Sequence record: ON528737
From: Shigella phage ESh27
Strand: one strand, 5' to 3'
DNA: 64,000 nt
Part shown: one piece after another, positions 11,223 through 21,186 of the stretch
Position numbering within the stretch: the stretch's first letter is position 1
Layout: every line of letters begins with the position of its first letter
The notes under the pieces: model-generated
Databases searched by the model: none
What the model was told of the DNA's origin: nothing
The model's input: only the letters and a program-made list of their open reading frames with translations
Program-made: the position numbers and the translations under genes

Positions 11223-11807
11223 ATGACTCGTCCAGCGAGACAGATTTTTAACCAAACAAATATAACAAACTTTGTTGTGGATATCCCGGATAGTACACGA
11301 ACTTCAGGTTTTGTGCTCAATGCCCAAACGGCTCCATTACCTGGTGTGAGAATTCCTGTTGTTGAAACTGTGACAGGCACAATGGGGTTAGGACGTGCAA
11401 TGCGTGCAGGCACTACATTTGAATATGACCCTTTTGTTGTACGATTTATAGTTGATGAAGACATGACGTCCTGGATGAACATGTATAAATGGATGCTCAG
11501 CACTAATAACTATATAACAGGTCATAATACAGCCCATGCCGATGGTCCTGAGTTTGTTACTTTGCACATTTTAAACAACAATAAGACAGAAGTAGTTTTG
11601 ACGGCAAATTTCTATAAACCATGGATTTCCGATTTGAGCGAAATTGAATTTAGTTACACTGAAGACTCTGACCCTGCCGTTACTTGCGTAGCAACTATTC
11701 ACTACGCGTATATGACGATAGAAAAAGACGGCGAAGTCATTGTATCTCAACAACCACATCAGGCGGTCGAATCTAAATCCATTTCTAGACACCCTTCCTT
11801 GCGCTAA
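11223..11807 (+). CDS. 3: tail completion / sheath stabiliser gp3
   Basis: Position between genes 2 and 1; ATG at 11223 chosen over upstream GTG. Confidence 0.7.
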   Translation: MTRPARQIFNQTNITNFVVDIPDSTRTSGFVLNAQTAPLPGVRIPVVETVTGTMGLGRAMRAGTTFEYDPFVVRFIVDEDMTSWMNMYKWMLSTNNYITGHNTAHADGPEFVTLHILNNNKTEVVLTANFYKPWISDLSEIEFSYTEDSDPAVTCVATIHYAYMTIEKDGEVIVSQQPHQAVESKSISRHPSLR

Positions 11808-11861
11808 TCGCTTCTAGCTCCGTATGTTATAATCGTTCATAAATTATATGAGGAAAAACCT

Positions 11862-12596
11862 ATGGAGCTAATCTTTTTAAGCGGCATCAAACGTAGTGGT
11901 AAAGACACTACTGCTGATTACATCAATTCAAACTTTAAATCCATAAAATATCAATTAGCATATCCAATTAAAGACGCTCTAGCAATAGCTTGGGAGCGTA
12001 AACATACCGAAAACCCTGATGTATTCACCGAGTTGAAATATGAATACTTTGAAGGCATTGGATACGATCGTGAAACACCATTAAATCTCAATAAATTGGA
12101 TGTTATTGAATTAATGGAAGAAACGCTAATTTATTTACAACGACAATACCTGCCAATTAATGGTGTTAACGTATTATCATCACTAGAAGGTGGATATTCA
12201 TATCTAGATATTAAACCGTACGAAGCCCTGCGTGAAGCTATAAATAATATCAACGACACATGGTCGATCCGCCGTCTTATGCAAGCCCTCGGTACGGATG
12301 TTGTCGTTAATTTATTTGACCGTATGTATTGGGTTAAGCTTTTTGCATTAAACTATATGGATTATATTGGAAGTGATTTCGATTACTACGTTGTGACCGA
12401 TACACGACAAGTCCATGAAATGGAAACCGCTAGAGCGATGGGTGCTACAGTTATTCATGTGGTTCGCTCTGGTACGGAATCCACTGATAAACATATTACA
12501 GAAGCTGGGTTGCCTATTGAAGAAGGCGACTTAGTTATTACAAACGACGGCTCGTTAGAAGAGCTTTATTCTAAAATTGAAAAAATCTTAAGGTAA
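11862..12596 (+). CDS. 1: deoxynucleoside monophosphate kinase gp1
   Basis: 244 aa; LIFLSGIKRSGKDTTADYI P-loop and ...GATVIHVVR...LVITNDGSLEEL match T4 gp1. Confidence 0.92.
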   Translation: MELIFLSGIKRSGKDTTADYINSNFKSIKYQLAYPIKDALAIAWERKHTENPDVFTELKYEYFEGIGYDRETPLNLNKLDVIELMEETLIYLQRQYLPINGVNVLSSLEGGYSYLDIKPYEALREAINNINDTWSIRRLMQALGTDVVVNLFDRMYWVKLFALNYMDYIGSDFDYYVVTDTRQVHEMETARAMGATVIHVVRSGTESTDKHITEAGLPIEEGDLVITNDGSLEELYSKIEKILR

Positions 12597-12600
12597 TAAA

Positions 12601-13286
<686 letters not shown>

Positions 13287-13299
13287 TTTTCACAAAACA

Positions 13300-13334
13300 G
13301 TTTACATAAGGATGATGATGTGTTACTATCATCC
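13300..13334 (+). promoter_or_regulatory. early promoter (GTTTAC -35, TACTAT -10) with inverted repeat GGATGAT/ATCATCC
   Basis: -35 at 13300-13305, -10 at 13324-13329, 18-nt spacer. Confidence 0.5.
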
Positions 13335-13363
13335 TATCAAATAAACAACCTCAAGGAAATAAA

Positions 13364-13675
13364 ATGAAAACCTATCAAGAATTCATCGCGGAAGCTACTA
13401 AAGCGGATAAAAATTTTGTTATTAACACTAATGGCCCATTAGATGATGAATACGCTAATGCTATTATTAAGTCAATTTCTAATCAAGGCGTTGAAGTAAC
13501 AAATTTCGAATATAAGAAAAATGATACTTATATGGTAATTAGTATCAAAAAAGGTTCAAAGGCCAAAATTAAATCTGCGTTTGGTGTTATGCGAGTTGAC
13601 CAAATTGATAATCATGATTTTTCACAAACTGGGGTTAAACGCCAGAACACTATTTCATCTAAAGGCATAAAATAG
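13364..13675 (+). CDS. internal-protein-like protein with capsid targeting sequence (IPI position)
   Basis: N-terminus MKTYQEFIAEA equals the T4 internal-protein CTS; 103 aa; adjacent to 57B as ipI is in T4. Confidence 0.7.
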   Translation: MKTYQEFIAEATKADKNFVINTNGPLDDEYANAIIKSISNQGVEVTNFEYKKNDTYMVISIKKGSKAKIKSAFGVMRVDQIDNHDFSQTGVKRQNTISSKGIK

Positions 13676-13711
13676 TTTACATCTTGGTAGGACTATGTTA
13701 TAGTAGTCCTA
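13675..13711 (+). promoter_or_regulatory. early promoter cassette with palindrome TAGGACTA-N8-TAGTCCTA over the -10
   Basis: GTTTAC 13675-13680, TATAGT 13699-13704; 37-bp element repeated at 33491-33527. Confidence 0.5.
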
Positions 13712-13736
13712 ACAAAACAACAAAATGGAACCTAAA

Positions 13737-14000
13737 ATGAAAACTTTCAACGAATTCATCTCAGAATCGTCTGGTGTGAAAATTAACAAAGCGGTCAATC
13801 AGGTTATTGCTGATATTCTTAATTTGTATAACATTGACTTAACTCCGCATATCACGCTTGGTAACAAACGAAACTTTTTCATATTTGACACATCCGAACT
13901 TGACGAAAATCAGTTCAATAACATTCAACGTTTTGCGAATGATAAAGGTCTTCGACATGAGCCTGGTGGCTATAAAAAATACGCAATATATTTGAAATAA
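13737..14000 (+). CDS. internal-protein-like protein with CTS
   Basis: N-terminus MKTFNEFISES; start moved to the CTS methionine. Confidence 0.6.
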   Translation: MKTFNEFISESSGVKINKAVNQVIADILNLYNIDLTPHITLGNKRNFFIFDTSELDENQFNNIQRFANDKGLRHEPGGYKKYAIYLK

Positions 14001-14002
14001 AG

Positions 14003-14039
14003 GTATACAAGCCTATATGGATATGTTATAGTAGTCCTA
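14003..14039 (+). promoter_or_regulatory. early promoter cassette (variant -35 GTATAC, -10 TATAGT, TAGTCCTA arm)
   Basis: Shares ...tgttatagtagtccta core with 13675 and 33491 cassettes. Confidence 0.45.
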
Positions 14040-14069
14040 TCAAAACAAATGAGTAAATGGAGAAATAAA

Positions 14070-14255
14070 ATGAAACGCGCTGAACTGATTCGTAATGTTG
14101 CTGTAGTAATTGCTTCAATGGCTTTTAGTTTTTCGATGTTTGTAGGATTCATTTGCGGACTACTGACAACAACCGAAAATTCTATCTCATTGGTAGTAGC
14201 ATTTCTAATCGGTTTAATCGCTATTGTTATGGATAAAATTGCAAAAGGTGAGTAA
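14070..14255 (+). CDS. small hydrophobic membrane protein
   Basis: GGAG then ATG at 14070; two hydrophobic stretches. Confidence 0.5.
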   Translation: MKRAELIRNVAVVIASMAFSFSMFVGFICGLLTTTENSISLVVAFLIGLIAIVMDKIAKGE

Positions 14256-14618
14256 ATGAAATATCATGTATATGCAGATTTTGAAGCAAATCCTTCTAAA
14301 GACCCTGATTGTCGTTTGATACGTAGACCATTTGATTCGGCATCTCAAGCATGGGCTTGGATTAAAACTTGTACTCCTTCTTACACTTTCTTTGAAGTGG
14401 TAGATGATAACGGTGTTCTGCATCCAGAACCTACAGAAACTATTAATTTCCTTCTGTTTGCTGGTTATGACTGTTATCCTCTTGGTGGTATTGATGATCT
14501 TGTTGCTACAGGAAAAACTGTTGAAGCTCTTCGCGAAATTTATAAAAACGCAGAAGAAAATTTTGACTGGTATCATATTGTTGATGCTCATAGCTTTGAA
14601 GTGGTGGAACATTCATGA
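14256..14618 (+). CDS. hypothetical protein
   Basis: 120-aa ORF, tightly packed with neighbours. Confidence 0.6.
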   Translation: MKYHVYADFEANPSKDPDCRLIRRPFDSASQAWAWIKTCTPSYTFFEVVDDNGVLHPEPTETINFLLFAGYDCYPLGGIDDLVATGKTVEALREIYKNAEENFDWYHIVDAHSFEVVEHS

Positions 14619-14905
14619 TTCTTTATGCTAAAGTGTCATCTATTGAGAACGGATACGAAAGCGACCAACGTGCAGCTAAAGCACTAGTTGATGACTACGG
14701 TATTCTGACTAACTTTGAGGTTGAAAAGGTTTATATCGACCGTTCATCTTCGCAAGTTAAATTACTCTGTGAAGATGATAAATTTAACACAGTTAACTTT
14801 GATTTCTTTATTGAAACAGAAAAAGGCCCTCTTGAATACAATATTTTCAAGAATCCTTTGAAATTACGTTGCATTGAATATAATTACATTAATATGGTAC
14901 GGTGA
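14615..14905 (+). CDS. hypothetical protein
   Basis: 96-aa ORF, ATGA overlap with upstream gene. Confidence 0.55.
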   Translation: MILYAKVSSIENGYESDQRAAKALVDDYGILTNFEVEKVYIDRSSSQVKLLCEDDKFNTVNFDFFIETEKGPLEYNIFKNPLKLRCIEYNYINMVR

Positions 14906-14909
14906 GTAA

Positions 14910-15425
14910 ATGAATATTTGTTTAGGCAGTACAATTCCTAAGGGTTATGTAATTGATGTCACTACCTATGAAAATGATGGTGACAACTATAAAACCAAAA
15001 CATTGTTTGAAGTGGAAGAGCATGAGCTCCAACAGTTTAAATATCTTTTGAAGAAATTTAAGAGTCGTCATTCTAGCACTAAAGCTGAACGTTACTGTGG
15101 TAATACACCATTCAGTGATTGCTCGCTTTTAATCTATGAATACTTGGTTGAAGGATTGTTCTCAGACCAGCTTTATCCAGAATTCATTAAAAAGGTCTTT
15201 GATATTGAAGTCGACCTCGGTAATAAATCTGAAGAAGATGAATCACGTGTATTTGACCTGTTCCGTGAGAATGGATATTTAGTATCAGAAGGTCTCATTG
15301 ATATTCTTGGCCATGCTTCTGAATATTATGATTATGATTTCTTGCGTGTAGTCGAATGTGTTGAATTTGCTTATATTGAAGAAGAAATCGTTTTGCCAAC
15401 TGTTAAAATGATTGATTTGCTTTAA
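14910..15425 (+). CDS. hypothetical acidic protein
   Basis: 171-aa ORF. Confidence 0.6.
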   Translation: MNICLGSTIPKGYVIDVTTYENDGDNYKTKTLFEVEEHELQQFKYLLKKFKSRHSSTKAERYCGNTPFSDCSLLIYEYLVEGLFSDQLYPEFIKKVFDIEVDLGNKSEEDESRVFDLFRENGYLVSEGLIDILGHASEYYDYDFLRVVECVEFAYIEEEIVLPTVKMIDLL

Positions 15426-15504
15426 GAATTATGTGTTATTATTAATTCATACCCTCTATTACCAAAGGTGCTCTAAAGTGCCTTTCATAATAGAAAGTTA
15501 TTTA

Positions 15505-15576
15505 GGCCCTGTAGCTCAATGGGAGAGCTGTCAGCTCATAACTGATAGGTAGCTGGATCGAAACCAGCCAGGGTCA
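15505..15576 (+). tRNA. tRNA with CAT anticodon (Met, or AUA-reading Ile if lysidine-modified as in T4)
   Basis: Hand-folded cloverleaf: acceptor GGCCCTG/CAGGGTC, D stem GCTC/GAGC, anticodon loop CTCATAA, T stem GCTGG/CCAGC, then ACCA. Confidence 0.85.
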
Positions 15577-15601
15577 CCAAACAATTTATGAGAATAACAC
15601 T

Positions 15602-16135
15602 ATGAGAAGCGATGTAGATTGGGACCAAATTAATTTGGCCATTAAAAAGGGCTTAATTGGTCATTATAATTTTGAAATGACTAAAGAACTTATCGAAAAG
15701 GTGGCCTATCTTAAAATTGTGGATAAAGAAAATTTTCTTTTAAAGTCAAGAGCAAAACAACAAGCTATTTGGCGAGTGTTTTGTAGAACTGCTGCTTTAA
15801 ATCTCTTAAAATTTAAAGATGAGTTTGATATAGAAAAAAGCCACCGTCAGGCATTTGTTTATATAATGGCTGACACTAAAAATCCAAATTATTATAAAAT
15901 AGGAAGAAGTATAGAACCTGATATAAGAGCTTTATCAGCAAATACATTTTCTCCATTTAAAAGTTTTAAAATACTATCATTTAGATATTCTCAAGATGCG
16001 GTTGAACTCGAAAAATACTTACATTCAATTTATGAATCTGACCATGTAAACGGTGAATGGTTTTTCTTCCATGATATAAATTCTATAATTAGAAAATTAG
16101 ATTCAAAATCTACTAAATTTGATATACCACTGTGA
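15602..16135 (+). CDS. GIY-YIG superfamily (T5orf172-like) domain protein, putative nuclease
   Basis: FVYIMADTKNPNYYKIGRS...LEKYLHSIY...EWFFF resembles the T5orf172 motif; sits by the tRNA like T4 segB. Confidence 0.6.
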   Translation: MRSDVDWDQINLAIKKGLIGHYNFEMTKELIEKVAYLKIVDKENFLLKSRAKQQAIWRVFCRTAALNLLKFKDEFDIEKSHRQAFVYIMADTKNPNYYKIGRSIEPDIRALSANTFSPFKSFKILSFRYSQDAVELEKYLHSIYESDHVNGEWFFFHDINSIIRKLDSKSTKFDIPL

Positions 16136-16142
16136 GGAAAAT

Positions 16143-16487
16143 ATGAAAGGTAATGTTTACTTAGTAGTTCATGATTTAACGTTTTATTTTAACGAACAGG
16201 ATACAGTTATTTCCGACCGGTTGATTAATTCGTTATATCAACACGCTGATTACGTTTATTTTCAAAATGAATTCGGACATTGGAAGTTCATTAAAAACCG
16301 TTCTGGGTTAACTAGTTTTGAATACTTTGACCGTAAAGACCTTTTAAACGAAATCCCATTGCAACATCGGTTCCAGAAACGCGAATCATTATATTATTGC
16401 CGTCATATATCAAACGCTGAATGTGTTGATGAAGTAATTAATCTATGGCGTAGACGTAGAGAACAAATTGATGATATGTCAAAATAA
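16143..16487 (+). CDS. hypothetical protein
   Basis: GAGGAAA then ATG at 16143. Confidence 0.55.
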   Translation: MKGNVYLVVHDLTFYFNEQDTVISDRLINSLYQHADYVYFQNEFGHWKFIKNRSGLTSFEYFDRKDLLNEIPLQHRFQKRESLYYCRHISNAECVDEVINLWRRRREQIDDMSK

Positions 16488-16649
16488 GAAGCCGGGTCGC
16501 TACCGGCAAGTCGTCGGACTGATGTTCCCTGAGTAAGGACTGGTCTTAATAAATCTTTACTATTTGTTAATATCCCCTTACATCACAGCAGAAACGGCGC
16601 ACAGAATTATCGATTCGAGGAAATATCTTTGCCGTAAGCCGAGTAGCGT

Positions 16650-16750
16650 TTTTGACGGAACGTTCGGATATGGTCGAGATATGGCCTTTTAAAAATATTG
16701 AGTAGCGTCAACTGCTTAATAACCGGGTTCGAATCCCGGCGTTTCGTACA
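16650..16750 (+). ncRNA. candidate tRNA-like or stable RNA (unresolved)
   Basis: Canonical T-arm CCGGG-TTCGAAT-CCCGG at 16723-16739 in a 270-nt ORF-free stretch; could not fold a full cloverleaf by hand. Confidence 0.2.
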
Positions 16751-16799
16751 AACACTTGCCTTAGCAGGTGGAACCCCGACAAGGTTGCCTCAAGGCTTA

Positions 16800-16826
16800 G
16801 CCCCTTCCGAAAGGTTGGGGCTTTTT
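16800..16826 (+). terminator. rho-independent terminator (repeat copy 1)
   Basis: GCCCCTTCCGAAAGGTTGGGGC hairpin plus T5; identical element at 32378 and 33001. Confidence 0.6.
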
Positions 16827-16916
16827 AGTTTGAATCACTCAGAGAATGCTGTTACTGATAATACCAAAGTAATAAATAATTAATAACAAACCGATAAATT
16901 ATTTCAAGGATTTTAA

Positions 16917-17480
16917 ATGAAAACCTATGCCGAATTTTTAACCGAAGCAGCAAAATTACCATCTGAAGCAGATCTTACTAAAGTATTCTTCTACTTGGAT
17001 CCAAAAGACCGTGGCGATTTTCTTAAGTGGAAAGCTAAAGCTATTGAAATGTATAGCATCGATACTAGTTCTTTTACGATGAGTCAAGAAAATAGTTTCA
17101 ATAAAGCGTTTTTCAAAATTTCTAAGAAACTGGCAGCTGGCACACAGGTTCCTAAATCCGCCTTAGCTACTCCTGAACGTGCACCTGTTAAAATTTCTAA
17201 GAATATGTTTGACACTAAAAAATATGTCAATGCTTTGAATAAAGCTCTTGATGCATTGGATGATGCAAAGAAGGCAGCCCGTGATCTTCAAGACGTGTAC
17301 ACTGATTTTGATCGTAAAACTAAAGGTTCTATTTCAAATAGCGAACGCAATAGTGTAAGTGTTTATTCTGATAGCCTTGATGTTCTTGGCGATGCGTATA
17401 CCGAAATTAAAAATCGTATTAACACTGCATCTAAGCTAAAAGCTGCTGCCGAAGCTATAATAACTAAACTAGGTAAATAA
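16917..17480 (+). CDS. internal-protein-like protein with CTS
   Basis: N-terminus MKTYAEFLTEA; 187 aa. Confidence 0.7.
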   Translation: MKTYAEFLTEAAKLPSEADLTKVFFYLDPKDRGDFLKWKAKAIEMYSIDTSSFTMSQENSFNKAFFKISKKLAAGTQVPKSALATPERAPVKISKNMFDTKKYVNALNKALDALDDAKKAARDLQDVYTDFDRKTKGSISNSERNSVSVYSDSLDVLGDAYTEIKNRINTASKLKAAAEAIITKLGK

Positions 17481-17486
17481 TTTTAA

Positions 17487-17512
17487 GCCCTATCTAAATG
17501 ATAGGGCTTTTT
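17487..17512 (+). terminator. rho-independent terminator
   Basis: GCCCTATC-TAAAT-GATAGGGC hairpin followed by TTTTT. Confidence 0.6.
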
Positions 17513-17582
17513 GGTATCTAGGCCTTTCCTCTCCCTGTCCTAGAATTCCCCAAAACTTTTTAAAAATTTTTTTCACAAAACT

Positions 17583-17612
17583 GTTTACATCCCTGTTCTT
17601 CCGTGGTACTAT
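17583..17612 (+). promoter_or_regulatory. early promoter (GTTTAC / TACTAT)
   Basis: 18-nt spacer; downstream ATCAACTAC leader motif. Confidence 0.5.
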
Positions 17613-17653
17613 ACAACTATCAACTACCGATACAGAAAAACTTGGAGAATGAA

Positions 17654-17917
17654 ATGGATAATTACGGTGAACTGTTCAACTTCTTTATGAAATGCGTTCC
17701 AGAAGATTTCGGACGTACGGTGAATGATATTAAAGTTATCGGTCCTGAACACCCTGTGTATGAAACCTATGCAGTAATGGGTAACGAAGATGGACAGTGG
17801 TATACAATTAAAGTTGTGATTAATATGTTCTCAGCTGAAGGTTACGCCAAATCGTCTACCAAAGTTTACCATGATAATGTCGAAATCGCTGAAGAATATT
17901 TCGATAATATGAAATAA
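17654..17917 (+). CDS. hypothetical protein
   Basis: Start MDNYGELF after GGAGAA; upstream in-frame ATG lies before the predicted transcript start. Confidence 0.55.
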   Translation: MDNYGELFNFFMKCVPEDFGRTVNDIKVIGPEHPVYETYAVMGNEDGQWYTIKVVINMFSAEGYAKSSTKVYHDNVEIAEEYFDNMK

Positions 17918-17974
17918 ATGCGTACATGGGCTTATGATTGAGATATTATGAGCCCTATTAATGAGGAGAATATT

Positions 17975-18280
17975 ATGAGTCTTTACACTGAACTGAATAA
18001 AAAATCTGAAGAATCTTCTGAAACTATTTTTAAAAACGTGCAAAAGCGTATTTTAGAAAAGACGTATAATGCTGCAGCTAAAGGTGAAAAATCTTGCCAG
18101 TTTCCGATGAGGTGTTCTTCAGATTTATGCGCAAACACTATTGAATGGCTGGAAAGTGAAGGTCTTACGGTAGAGAAAAACCCGGCGACTTCTATTGACA
18201 GTGAATCATATATTAGTATTTCTTGGGATAAACCTCGTACGAATGAAGGACACTACAAGTTGTTAAGTTGGAAAAATTAA
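17975..18280 (+). CDS. hypothetical protein
   Basis: GAGGAGAA then ATG at 17975. Confidence 0.55.
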   Translation: MSLYTELNKKSEESSETIFKNVQKRILEKTYNAAAKGEKSCQFPMRCSSDLCANTIEWLESEGLTVEKNPATSIDSESYISISWDKPRTNEGHYKLLSWKN

Positions 18281-18288
18281 AAATAATG

Positions 18289-18318
18289 ATGTACAAACAC
18301 CAAGGATGGTGATACTAT
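18289..18318 (+). promoter_or_regulatory. early promoter (variant -35, TACTAT -10, CACCA/TGGTG repeat)
   Basis: Same downstream ATCAACTAC...GAGGAG leader as other cassettes. Confidence 0.45.
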
Positions 18319-18347
18319 AGACTTATCAACTACAGAGGAGAAACAAA

Positions 18348-18575
18348 ATGGCTAAAGTTAGTATTGATGTCGTTGATTATGAATACACCGAAGAAGTTAT
18401 TCGCAACCGACACCCTGAAGTTCGTATCGATTCAGTCCAAGATTCCAAGTTCTGGACAACTGAGCTTAATCTGAGTGGTCCTTATGAAGCTGTTAAGAAG
18501 TTCATGGTTGAAGAATATTGCGAAGGCATGCACCCAGAAGACGCCAAGTTTTATGTCAATTTGATTAAAAAATAA
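18348..18575 (+). CDS. hypothetical protein
   Basis: 75-aa ORF after GAGGAGAAACAAA. Confidence 0.6.
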   Translation: MAKVSIDVVDYEYTEEVIRNRHPEVRIDSVQDSKFWTTELNLSGPYEAVKKFMVEEYCEGMHPEDAKFYVNLIKK

Positions 18576-18623
18576 TTTACAAACTCTTGAGAGCAGAGTA
18601 TAATGCTCTCGTTGGATAATAAA
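18575..18623 (+). promoter_or_regulatory. early promoter cassette (TATAAT -10 inside GAGAGCA/TGCTCTC palindrome), repeat copy A
   Basis: 41 bp 18583-18623 identical to 48207-48247. Confidence 0.5.
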
Positions 18624-18645
18624 CCACCAATTGAAAGGTAATAAT

Positions 18646-19239
18646 ATGAACACACTGAAGAAACTTGTTGAATTCATTCGCACTAAACTGGGTACTGCTA
18701 TGGCTAAAAATCTGACTGTCGAAGAACAGTATAACGCAGCCGCAGATAAGTTGATTACCCAAATCAAAGAACTAAAAACGGCTTCTATTAAATCTATTAA
18801 TGAAGAAAAACGTATTCGCGAACTTGTTAATGAAAAGAACAAGCAAGCCGCTTCTAAGGAACGTGAAATTCGTAAGCTCCTGGCTGAAGGACAAGATGTT
18901 ACCATGCATGCTAAGCTTGGACTTCTGTATCGTCGAACCGCCGAACAACTTAATACAAAAGCTGACGGGTATGCCGCTATGCGAATTGAAATTGCTCGTA
19001 AGGTGGTTGAACTTGACGATGCTCGTCAGAACCTGGCAATCAAACTTGAATACATCCGCGAAACTCGAGCAGCCAATGCCCTTGGTATCTCTACAGCTGA
19101 TGATGTAATTGAAATTGCTGCACTGACTAAGGTTGATATCGAAGACACTCTGACTCGTGTTGAAACATTCAATGGCACTCCAGCCGGTGTTGAAACCACT
19201 TCTGCTGATGTACAAGAATATATTAACTCTTTGAAATAA
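18646..19239 (+). CDS. hypothetical coiled-coil protein
   Basis: 197 aa, charged heptad-like sequence; AAAGG then ATG at 18646. Confidence 0.6.
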   Translation: MNTLKKLVEFIRTKLGTAMAKNLTVEEQYNAAADKLITQIKELKTASIKSINEEKRIRELVNEKNKQAASKEREIRKLLAEGQDVTMHAKLGLLYRRTAEQLNTKADGYAAMRIEIARKVVELDDARQNLAIKLEYIRETRAANALGISTADDVIEIAALTKVDIEDTLTRVETFNGTPAGVETTSADVQEYINSLK

Positions 19240-19247
19240 AATAATAC

Positions 19248-19269
19248 GGAGGACTCCGGTCCTCCTTTT
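19248..19269 (+). terminator. rho-independent terminator
   Basis: GGAGGAC-TCCG-GTCCTCC hairpin then TTTT. Confidence 0.55.
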
Positions 19270-19288
19270 GGATAATAAAGGAGTTAAC

Positions 19289-19891
19289 ATGCGAAACCAA
19301 AATAATGATATTGACTCAATGTTCGAAGAGTTCCGAGATAAGGTAAATCCACCTACGTCTTTAGTTGATTCATTACGATATGTTGCAACTGGACGTAAAT
19401 GGTATTGGTCGTCTTCTTATGAGACTACTGAGAAAACGGCTAGCCATAGCAGAAAATCTTTATTAGCCCCAGGTATTATGATTCATGATATCGGAGCTAT
19501 TGCTAAACTAGTTGCAGACCATGATATTAGATTCACTGATTTCGTTGCTCCTACGTGGTCTGTTTGTTGTTTAAACACTGAATGGGAATATATCAGCGAA
19601 CGCTCTGAAGATTATTATGGTTTTAGAGATAAGCTTTTAAGGTCTAACATGTTTTATATCGATACTGAAGTTCTAGTCGATAATAAAAAATATTACTTTA
19701 CGTTAATCGTCGATTCTGAAACTATGTATGAAGGCAAGCCTTTGCTTAAAAGAGTTGATGCTTTAAGTGCTATTGATGCGCTTTATGAAACTATGGTTGT
19801 TAGTCCTAATTTCACTAACAATTTAATCCTTGAGCAATTTATTATGGAATGTAGAGAATATGTCAAAGCCAACCCTGTACATGCCAATTAA
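19289..19891 (+). CDS. hypothetical protein
   Basis: AAAGGAG then ATG at 19289. Confidence 0.6.
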   Translation: MRNQNNDIDSMFEEFRDKVNPPTSLVDSLRYVATGRKWYWSSSYETTEKTASHSRKSLLAPGIMIHDIGAIAKLVADHDIRFTDFVAPTWSVCCLNTEWEYISERSEDYYGFRDKLLRSNMFYIDTEVLVDNKKYYFTLIVDSETMYEGKPLLKRVDALSAIDALYETMVVSPNFTNNLILEQFIMECREYVKANPVHAN

Positions 19892-20255
19892 GCCCTGGGC
19901 ATACGAATACAAACGTAAATTAATCCCAAATGAAGTACTATTTGGCCCTATTTTAGCTTTAGCATTTTTAATCTTTATGATTATAGGAGCTGTTTTAGAT
20001 TCCAACAAAGTTATATCGTCTGATGCAGCGTTTTCATTAATGTTCGTCGCACCACTTATTGTACCGTTTTTATTAATGCCTATTAATTGGGCAGGATATT
20101 GGCACCAAGGCCGTCATCACAGAGCCCGATTAAGAGAATGGAAAGTTCAGTGTGCAAAAGCCCAAGCTCAGTATGATGAAGCTGTTAAAAAATATGAATA
20201 TGAAGAAGCCATGGAATTCGTTAAGGAGATAAGATGCAAAAGCCTCAACTCTTAA
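19860..20255 (+). CDS. membrane protein (start uncertain)
   Basis: Hydrophobic segments; overlaps upstream gene end; ATG at 19860 or 19881. Confidence 0.45.
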   Translation: MSKPTLYMPIKPWAYEYKRKLIPNEVLFGPILALAFLIFMIIGAVLDSNKVISSDAAFSLMFVAPLIVPFLLMPINWAGYWHQGRHHRARLREWKVQCAKAQAQYDEAVKKYEYEEAMEFVKEIRCKSLNS

Positions 20256-20593
20256 CCGTATGGCCTTCTCTTGGTGAGAACATTCTAATTTTTATTATGA
20301 GTATTGGCATGGGATTTGCCTTTGGATTAGTTGGATTTATTATTGACGGCGTTGTGTTAGGATTTATAGGGAACACTGGTGGATTCACAGACCAATGGCA
20401 GGACTTACGGTATACCCAAGCCTTTGCATCCATCGCATCGTTTTGTACTGTAGCCTATTTTTACTACGATTTTATAAACCATAACAAGAAAAATAAAAAA
20501 GTTTACGCTTCTCAAATGATTAGTTATAATGAACTTCTAGCTAGACGTGAAAATGAAACAATCGAAAACTTTATTAAGGAATGTAGAAAATGA
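20234..20593 (+). CDS. membrane protein
   Basis: 119 aa with two hydrophobic helices. Confidence 0.55.
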   Translation: MQKPQLLTVWPSLGENILIFIMSIGMGFAFGLVGFIIDGVVLGFIGNTGGFTDQWQDLRYTQAFASIASFCTVAYFYYDFINHNKKNKKVYASQMISYNELLARRENETIENFIKECRK

Positions 20594-20895
20594 GTAAGAT
20601 TATTGAAATTAAAGTACCAGAGTTTAATGATGCCAAATCCGCTTCAGATGCAATTTATAAACTTCTGAATCAAGCTGAACGTATCGAAGAAGAAGCAACA
20701 AAGATCGCAGACCAATATGCCGTATCATTTTCTGTAGGTGATTATGGTAGCGGTCGTACTTATTATCCTAAGGGTGAAATTGTATCCCAGTGGATGAAAG
20801 ATGAAATTGAAAATAATGGTGGCGATGTTAAGCGTGAAGGTAATGGTTACGTTATTACTGAAGGTGCTTGGGTTTCGTCTTCTGCGTTGTGCTAA
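20590..20895 (+). CDS. small protein, C-terminal GWVSSSxxC family, paralog A
   Basis: Ends ...ITEGAWVSSSALC; AAGGAA-type RBS. Confidence 0.6.
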   Translation: MSKIIEIKVPEFNDAKSASDAIYKLLNQAERIEEEATKIADQYAVSFSVGDYGSGRTYYPKGEIVSQWMKDEIENNGGDVKREGNGYVITEGAWVSSSALC

Positions 20896-20904
20896 GGAAT
20901 CATT

Positions 20905-21177
20905 ATGTCTAAAGAACAAACCGAACTGGCTGAAGCCGTAGCAAAAATCTATGCAGCTATTGAGGCTGCCAAAGAAATTGCTAATAAACAAAACACAACA
21001 TTCGACTTGTATCCAGCTTATGGCATGGGTGGAACCTATCATTCACCAGGACATCTTAAAGCCGATCTTGAACGTTGTACAAAAAACGGCTATGCTGAAT
21101 GGGCTGACGTTTACCAATATGACTACAACCTGAGCCTTGAAGATGGCGGTTGGGTTGCATCTTCTCACACTTGTTAA
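20905..21177 (+). CDS. small protein, C-terminal GWVSSSxxC family, paralog B
   Basis: Ends ...EDGGWVASSHTC. Confidence 0.6.
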   Translation: MSKEQTELAEAVAKIYAAIEAAKEIANKQNTTFDLYPAYGMGGTYHSPGHLKADLERCTKNGYAEWADVYQYDYNLSLEDGGWVASSHTC

Positions 21178-21186
21178 GGAAATCAT

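Noticed and set aside
16698-16883. 61-aa ORF
   Set aside because: Spans the T-arm-like RNA element and the terminator hairpin; no RBS; more likely non-coding
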